Assembly: GCA_002269645.1 (NCBI GenBank)
Contig: NIVC01000035.1
Span: 905,242 to 969,241 of the forward strand
DNA: 64,000 nucleotides
Direction of reading: 5' to 3'
From: Macrostomum lignano
Lineage: Eukaryota
Notes under the pieces: model-generated
What the model was told of the DNA's origin: nothing
Seen by the model: the letters and a program-made list of their open reading frames with translations, nothing else
The model's database searches: none
Shown: positions 49,720-64,000 of the stretch, piece by piece
Numbering within the stretch: the first letter of the stretch is position 1
Layout of the letters: the number at the start of each line of letters is the position of its first letter
Program-made: the position numbers and the translations under genes

Positions 49720-51260
49720 CTGTCAAATTGAATCTGTCAGATTTGATGTCAGACTGTCAGAATCTGTCAGATTTGATGTCAGACTGTCAGAATCTGTCAG
49801 ATTTGATGTCAGACTGTCAAATTTGATGTCAGACTGTCAGATTTGATGTCAGACTGTCAGAATCTGTCAGATTTGATGTCAGACTGTCAGAATCTGTCAG
49901 ATTTGATGTCAGACTCAGAATCTGACAGATTTGATGTCAGACTGTCAAATTTGATGTCAGACTGTCAGATTTGATGTCAGACTGTCAAATTTGTTGTCAG
50001 ACTGTCAGGTTTGATTTAAAACTGATTAATAACAATCAGATTCATAATTAGCTGTAAAAATTATCGTAACACACTGTGTCAGAATCTGACAGATTTGATG
50101 TCAGACTGTCAGGTTTGATGTCAGACTGTCAGGTTTGATGTCAGACTGTCAGAATCTGTCAGATTTGATGTCAGACTGTCAGATTTGATGTCAGACTGTC
50201 AGGTTTGATGTCAGACTGTCAGGTTTGATGTCAGACTGTCAGATTTGATGTCAGACTGTCAAATTTGATGTCAGACTGTCAGGTTTGATGTCAGACTGTC
50301 AGATTTGATGTCAGACTGTCAGGTTTGATGTCAGACTGTCAAATTTGATTTCAGACTGTCAAATTTGTTGTCAGACTGTCAAATTTGATGTCAGACTGTC
50401 AAATTTGTTGTCAGACTGTCAGGTTTGATGTCAGACTGTCAGATTTGATGTCAGACTATCAGATTTGATGTCAGACTGTCAGATTTGATGTCAGACTGTC
50501 AAATTCGATGTCAGACTGTCAAATTTGATGTCAGACTGTCAAATTTGTTGTCAGACTGTCAAATTTGATGTCAGACTGTCAAATTTGATGTCAGACTGTC
50601 AGATTCGATGTCAGACTGTCAAATTTGATGTCAGACTGTCAAATTTGTTGTCAGACTGTCAAATTTAATGTCAGACTGTCAAATTTGATGTCAGACTGTC
50701 AAATTTGATGTCAGACTGTCAAATTTGTTGTCAGACTGTCTGGTTTGATTTAAAACAGATTAATAACAATCGGATTCATAATTAGCTGTGAAAATTATCG
50801 TAACATACTGTGTCAGAATCTGACAGATTTGATGTCAGACTGTCAGATTTGATGTCAGACTGTCAAATTTGATGTCAGACTGTCAAATTTGTTGTCAGAC
50901 TGTCAGGTTTGATTTAAAACAGATTAATAACAATCAGATTCATAATTAGCTGTGAAAATTATCGTAACATACTGTGTCAGAATCTGACAGATTTGATGTC
51001 AGACTGTCAGATTTGATGTCAGACTGTCAGATTTGATGTCAGACTGTCAAATTTGTTGTCAGACTGTCAGGTTTGATTTAAAACAGATTAATAACAATCA
51101 GATTCATAATTAGCTGTAAAAATTATCGTAACACACTGTGTCAGAATCTGACAGATTTGATGTCAGACTGTCAGGTTTGATTTAAAACAGATTAATAACA
51201 ATCAGATTCATAATTAGCTGTAAAAATTATCGTAACATACTGTGTCAGAATCTGACAGAT
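49720..51260. repeat. 20-bp minisatellite with an interspersed higher-order unit
   Basis: GATTTGATGTCAGACTGTCA units, with a longer block (GATTAATAACAATCAGATTCATAATTAGCTG...) repeated about 5 times. Confidence 0.92.
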
Positions 51261-51818
51261 TACTTATAGACTGTGTCTAAATTAGTGTCTATTACTATGT
51301 CCTGTTATTTGTCAAAAATTTGTTTTGTTATGCAGTTGTTTGTCCCTGATTATCCTTGGTTATTGTATTTTTTTGTTTAGAAAATGTCTCGTTAAAGTAC
51401 TCGTTGACATTGCCGAAAGCAGCTAAAATTCCTGTTGGCCAAAGTACATACAAATTCAATTCATTTTAACTTGAATTTTGTTTTTTTATCGAATCATTTC
51501 ATGCATTGCTACTATTAGTAAGGTACACAGTAGGCCAGTGACTCACAACCCATGAAGGCCATCACACAAGACACAAGGGCCGCTGTACAAGCATGTGGGT
51601 TCTTAGGCATGCCTTAAGACCTACCTGTTAACTAGCTAACAAACGACTACTAATAGTAAGTAATAAGCGTTTTACTCTAGTTAGAATTTTGCACTTTAAA
51701 TTAAGTAGCTCGTGTATTGATTTTTTATTAAAACAGAGATTAAACCTTGATGAGCTTGTTGGCTGCGGGATGCGCAACTTTAATAATAGTTGACAATCGC
51801 ACTACACTATATTTCCAG

Positions 51819-54499
51819 TTGTCCAACTCCCTGTCTCATGGACTACTCACAAATTATTGATGTCGACTGGCGTCTGTCTGGTTAGTTCTCTCAATTTCTA
51901 TGGTTTGATTGACAGGTGGTGCTTATAATGTCTTATTCCTCAATGCGTATTGCAGTGACAGCTGCAGGCAGTGACCCTAGCGAGGTTGGTCGCACCTCAG
52001 TTGTACTCAGCATCTTACTGCAGAAAGGTGGCAATGCCTCATCTTCAACTTGTTCCTCAGGTGAACGGGAGCGAGTCTTTCTGGGTGAGCAAGGCTTTTG
52101 TTTCCATTTTTTCCTGTCTCTCGCCTGTTGTATTGTCTTGATCGCTCTTTTGTTTGAGCGCAGGGTCACAACTTGCGTCAATCACCGCGGTTGCTGCAGC
52201 CAAGTGGTCTGGCGCGGCGCTCTGATGTGCCAGCGGCCCAGGCTCGATTCCAAGTGCAGTCACATTAATTTGGGGCTGAATTGGAATCTCGGCTTGGCTC
52301 TGCTCGTGCAGTTAACGGCCTTGAAGGCCAACCCCCAAAGCACAGTGAAGTGTACATGCCTAACGATAAATAAAGTCTTGTGTGCCTGCGCGTATGGAGG
52401 GGCTGTAGCCTAGTGGTTAGAGCGTCGGTCTCACGATTTGAAGGTTGGGGGTTCGATTCTTGACCCACTCGGAACAATTTGTGTCCTTGAGCAAGACACT
52501 TGACTCTGCATTGCTTCAGTTCACCCAGCTGTAAAATGGGTGCCAGCATTAGCAGGGGTAATTGAGGGTGTGTGGCGACCCCCAGTCCTTGGACCGAACA
52601 GCCGTACGCAGCCTTCAGATGCGCCGCGCAATAGCTGCGGCTGAGCTGTCGGTTGCGCATCTGGCCCAATTGGGGCAGGTGTAATCAAATATTATTATTT
52701 TTTATTATTACTGTATGAATGCTTACGTATCCGCGCGCTTGTGTGCCTGCTCAGGGGAGTCGGCGAAATGGGCAGCAATTGCCTCTCTCCGGTTGTGTGA
52801 CAATGTCACTTCAAGTGCGCCAGGGTGCACACAGCCCTTGTCTCGAATAACAAAAAGTGATACTTTGCAAGTTTTTATTTCTGGTGTTTTATAACTAATT
52901 ATTTTGATTTAAGGGTTCTCATCTTCCTTAACCTCTTTTTATACATGTACCATCTGCAATTTTCTGCTTTGGTTTGCCACTTCCATTCTCATCATATCTT
53001 CTGTCACCTTCTATATGCTATCATCTAATTGAATTTTTTTCTGGATTTCCCTACTTAATTCTCTTCTTTCCTATCTCCCTTCTTACTTCCAGTCTCTCAC
53101 TTACTCCTTCTTGGTCTCTCTGACTGTGCTCGCTTCATCTCATCTCTCCAATCTCATCACATCTCATCGCATAAAATCTCATCTCATCTCATCACATCAC
53201 ATCTCATCACATCTCATCTCATCGTATAAAGTTTCATCATATCGCATCACATCACATCTCATTTCATCAAATCTCATCACATCACATCTCATCACATCGC
53301 ATCACATCACATCTCATCTCATCAAATCTCGTCACATCACATCTCATCACATCAAATCTCATCTCATCACATCACATCTCATCACATCTCATCTCATCAT
53401 ATAAAGTTTCATCATATCGCATCACATCACATCTCATTTCATCAAATCTTATCACATCACATCTCATCACATCACATCACATCTCATCACATCTCATCAC
53501 ATCTCATCACATCTCATCTCATCATATCAAGTTTCATCACATCTCATCACATCACATCTCATCACATCACATCTCATCTCATCACATCAAATCTCATCAC
53601 ATCACATCTCATCACATCAAATCTCATCTCATCACATCACATCTCATCTCATCGCATCAAATCTCATCACATCACATCTCATCACATCACATCTCATCTC
53701 ATCACATCAAATCTCATCACATCACATCTCATCACATCAAATCTCATCTCATCACATCACATCTCATCACATCTCATCACATCACATCACATCTCATCAC
53801 ATCTCATCACATCTCATCTCATCATATCAAGTTTCATCACATCTCATCACATCACATCTCATCACATCACATCTCATCTCATCACATCAAATCTCATCAC
53901 ATCACATCACATCTCATTTCATCAAATCTCATCACATCACATCTCATCACATCAAATCTGATCTCATCACATCACATCTCATCACATCTCATCACATCAC
54001 ATCTCATCACATCTCATCACATCTCATCACATCACATCTCATCACATCTCATCTCATCATATCAAGTTTCATCACATCTCATCACATCACATCTCATCAC
54101 ATCACATCTCATCTCATCACATCAAATCTCATCACATCACATCTCATCACATCAAATCTCATCTCTCACATCTCATTGCATAAAATCTCATCTCATCTCA
54201 TCACATCGCATCACATCACATCTCATTTCATCAAATCTCATCACATCACATCTCATCTCAATCTCAATTTACCTATATGAAAATCTTGACTTACCTTTGA
54301 TAACTTTTCTTAAATAGTAATCAATGTGGACTTTAGAGTACACTTTGCCAGAAATATTATAAATAGTGTTTTTTATTCATAACTTTTATCTCACTTCCCT
54401 GACTCGGTTGCAGAGCTGTCCTTGACCGAGTTCTACGACTTTCTGCACCAGATGGAGAAGGCTAAAGGCCTGTTAGACATGCAGGGCGCACTAGACTGA
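51819..54499 (+). CDS. COMMD7: COMM domain protein, 3' exons (51819-51880, 51956-52060, 54414-54499); 5' exons not identified
   Basis: Spliced peptide QIIDVDWRLS|VTAAGSDPSEVGRTSVVLSILLQKGG...|ELSLTEFYDFLHQMEKAK resembles the COMMD7 C-terminus (QLIDMEWKFGVT..SSE...VG...; ELTLPQFYSFLHEMER). GT-AG junctions are phase-consistent. Confidence 0.7.
52190..52375 (+). mobile_element. Degenerate tRNA-derived SINE-like element (family A)
   Basis: A/B-box-like GCAGCCAAGTGG / GGCTCGATTCC; 3' body matches 27310-27472. Confidence 0.5.
52396..52710 (+). mobile_element. tRNA-derived CORE-like SINE with (ATT)n tail
   Basis: A box TAGCCTAGTGG and B box GGTTCGATTC; central TGTGTCCTTGAGCAAGACACTTGACTCT...CAGTT....AGCTGTAAAATGGG resembles the MIR/CORE domain; ATT tail at about 52690-52710. 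Confidence 0.8.
53135..54260. repeat. Pentamer microsatellite (ATCAC/ATCTC)n
   Basis: Directly visible, inside a COMMD intron. Confidence 0.95.
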
Positions 54500-54864
54500 A
54501 CTAATTGACATTGTTAGGCGTGCCAAGTCTGCTGCAAATATTGTAGCTACTGCAACTACTATAGTATTTTATTAGAGATTTAGTATATTGTGACTATTCA
54601 CACTAGCGATTCACACTGATAATTCCGATTCTCTTATATAACGACTGATTGTCTAATTATGTTTTGTAAATCCTTTGTATCATTTGCGTCAATTGGACAA
54701 TGTTGATGCTATAAATATAATACGAGTCTGAAATATTGCTCTATTAAAATATTGATTTTTTACCCATTGCTGATCTATTTGGGTGATAGAGTATAAAAAA
54801 TTTTCCGCTTATACTTTTGCACCTTTATTTTTAGCTGCGCCAGCCCCCCCCCCCCCCAGAGTGT

Positions 54865-55990
54865 CAGTTGCTGGGCCAGCCTCCCAGATCCTCAGTTGCT
54901 GGGCCAGCCTCCCAGATCCTCAGTTACTGGGCCACCAGCCTCCCAGATCCTCAGTTGCTGGGCCACCAGCCTCCCAGATCCTCAGTTACTGTGCCAACAG
55001 CCTCCCAGATCCTCAGTTGCTGGGCCACAAACCTCCCAGATCCTCAGTTACTGGGCCACCAGCCTCCCAGATCCTCAGTTACTGGGTCAGCCTCCCAGAT
55101 TCTCAGTTACTGTGCCAACAGCCTCCCAGATCCTCAGTTGCTGGGCCAACAGCCTCCCAGATCCTCAGCTGCTGGGCCAGCAGCCTCCCAGATCCTCAGT
55201 TACTGGGCCACCAGCATCCCAGATCCTCAGTTACTGGGTCAGCCTCCCAGATTCTCAGTTACTGTGCCAACAGCCTCCCAGATCCTCAGTTGCTGGGCCA
55301 ACAGCCTCCCAGATCCTCAGTTGCTGGGCCAGCCTCCCAGATCCTCAGTTACTGGGCCACCAGCCTCCCAGATCCTCAGTTGCTGGGCCACCAGCCTCCC
55401 AGATCCTCAGTTACTGTGCCAACAGCCTCCCAGATCCTCAGTTGCTGGGCCACCAGCCTCCCAGATCCTCAGTTACTGGGCCACCAGCCTCCCAGATCCT
55501 CAGTTACTGGGTCAGCCTCCCAGATTCTCAGTTACTGTGCCAACAGCCTCCCAGATCCTCAGTTGCTGGGCCAACAGCCTCCCAGATCCTCAGCTGCTGG
55601 GCCAGCAGCCTCCCAGATCCTCAGTTACTGGGCCACCAGCCTCCCAGATCCTCAGTTACTGGGTCAGCCTCCCAGATTCTCAGTTACTGTGCCAACAGCC
55701 TCCCAGATCCTCAGTTGCTGGGCCAACAGCCTCCCAGATCCTCAGTTGCTGGGCTAGCCTCCCAGATCCTCAGTTACTGGGCCACCAGCCTCCCAGATCC
55801 TCAGTTACTGGGTCAGCCTCCCAGATTCTCAGTTACTGTGCCAACAGCCTCCCAGATCCTCAGTTGCTGGGCCACCAGCCTCCCAGATCCTCAGTTACTG
55901 GGCCACCAGCCTCCCAGATCCTCAGTTACTGGGTCAGCCTCCCAGATTCTCAGTTGCTGGGCCAACAGCCTCTCAGATCGTCAGCTGCTG
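54865..55990. repeat. Approx. 29-30-bp GC-rich minisatellite
   Basis: CAGCCTCCCAGATCCTCAGTT(A/G)CTGGGCCA(C/A) variants. Confidence 0.95.
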
Positions 55991-56473
55991 GGCCTCGCAG
56001 ATCCTCGAGTTCAGTCTTAGACAGCCGGTCGCAGCCTTCAGATTTTACTGCACACTAAAGGAATTCTCTTCAGCCATCGTCTTAATAGACCATCTCTAGA
56101 AGGAATTCATAACGTTAACTAGGCGCAAGGTAGCTGCATTTAGCGCCAGACCCAGTTATATCACATTGTGGTTGGCATGCAGAATTACTGTACTCGTATA
56201 TTTTACTGCCTATAGTGTTTCGGCGCAAGCAAAAGTAACAGCAAACATACTACTCGTAATAGGTGCTACAAATGTATAGTTAATGACTTCTGTAGAACAA
56301 ACAGCATGAGGTAGGAACTGATTGCTTCAATCGATTGCTATTGAATTTATAAGAATTGGCAGAGCAGTTGAACATTATTCCATACGAGCTACGGGTATAT
56401 AATTTAATTGGGTGAAGGTGATGTGAAGGGGAGTGCAATGAAGAAATTATTAAAGTTTTCGCGAGCACTCAAC

Positions 56474-63930
<7,457 letters not shown>

Positions 63931-64000
63931 CTGAAAGTTATGGAGAAATATTGATTGTTGCAATTCCTCATTCCTTAAGTATCCATAAATCAATAGTGAT

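Noticed and set aside
52396-52470. Functional tRNA gene
   Set aside because: A and B boxes are present but there is no consistent cloverleaf, and it continues into a CORE-like body and tail, so it is a SINE head.
54783-56058. Three overlapping 320-400-aa Pro/Ser/Gln ORFs
   Set aside because: Open in all three frames because the repeat unit lacks stops; no splice or start context.

Overview
Eukaryotic (animal) genomic DNA with spliced genes and very dense micro/minisatellites. The style resembles a repeat-rich flatworm assembly such as Macrostomum; this is inference only. The left 16 kb holds three paralogous secreted PAN/apple-like + C-type lectin genes (minus strand), a truncated piggyBac, and a near full-length Ingi/I-group-like non-LTR retrotransposon (about 5408-11112) inserted in the (CAG)n that encodes the signal-peptide poly-Leu of lectin copy 2. 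This element is the highlight. It starts with a well-formed HDV-like ribozyme fold whose first stem uses target-like GCAGCA, followed by a 2A-like DVESNPGP motif, a PHD-PWWP-PHD-PHD module, APE, RT, RNase H and a CCHC knuckle. It also carries a nested 823-bp insertion with a 5-bp TSD. The centre has a minus-strand gene run (OAF, CCDC112, FAXDC2, SYF2) and a plus-strand run (XRCC4, TMEM18, COMMD7-like) diverging around a dead MULE. The right end holds five exons of a 5'-partial membrane-anchored EGF-family ligand gene largely missed by the ORF track. Most long ORFs in the track are translations of tandem repeats. All domain calls are by eye; no searches were run.
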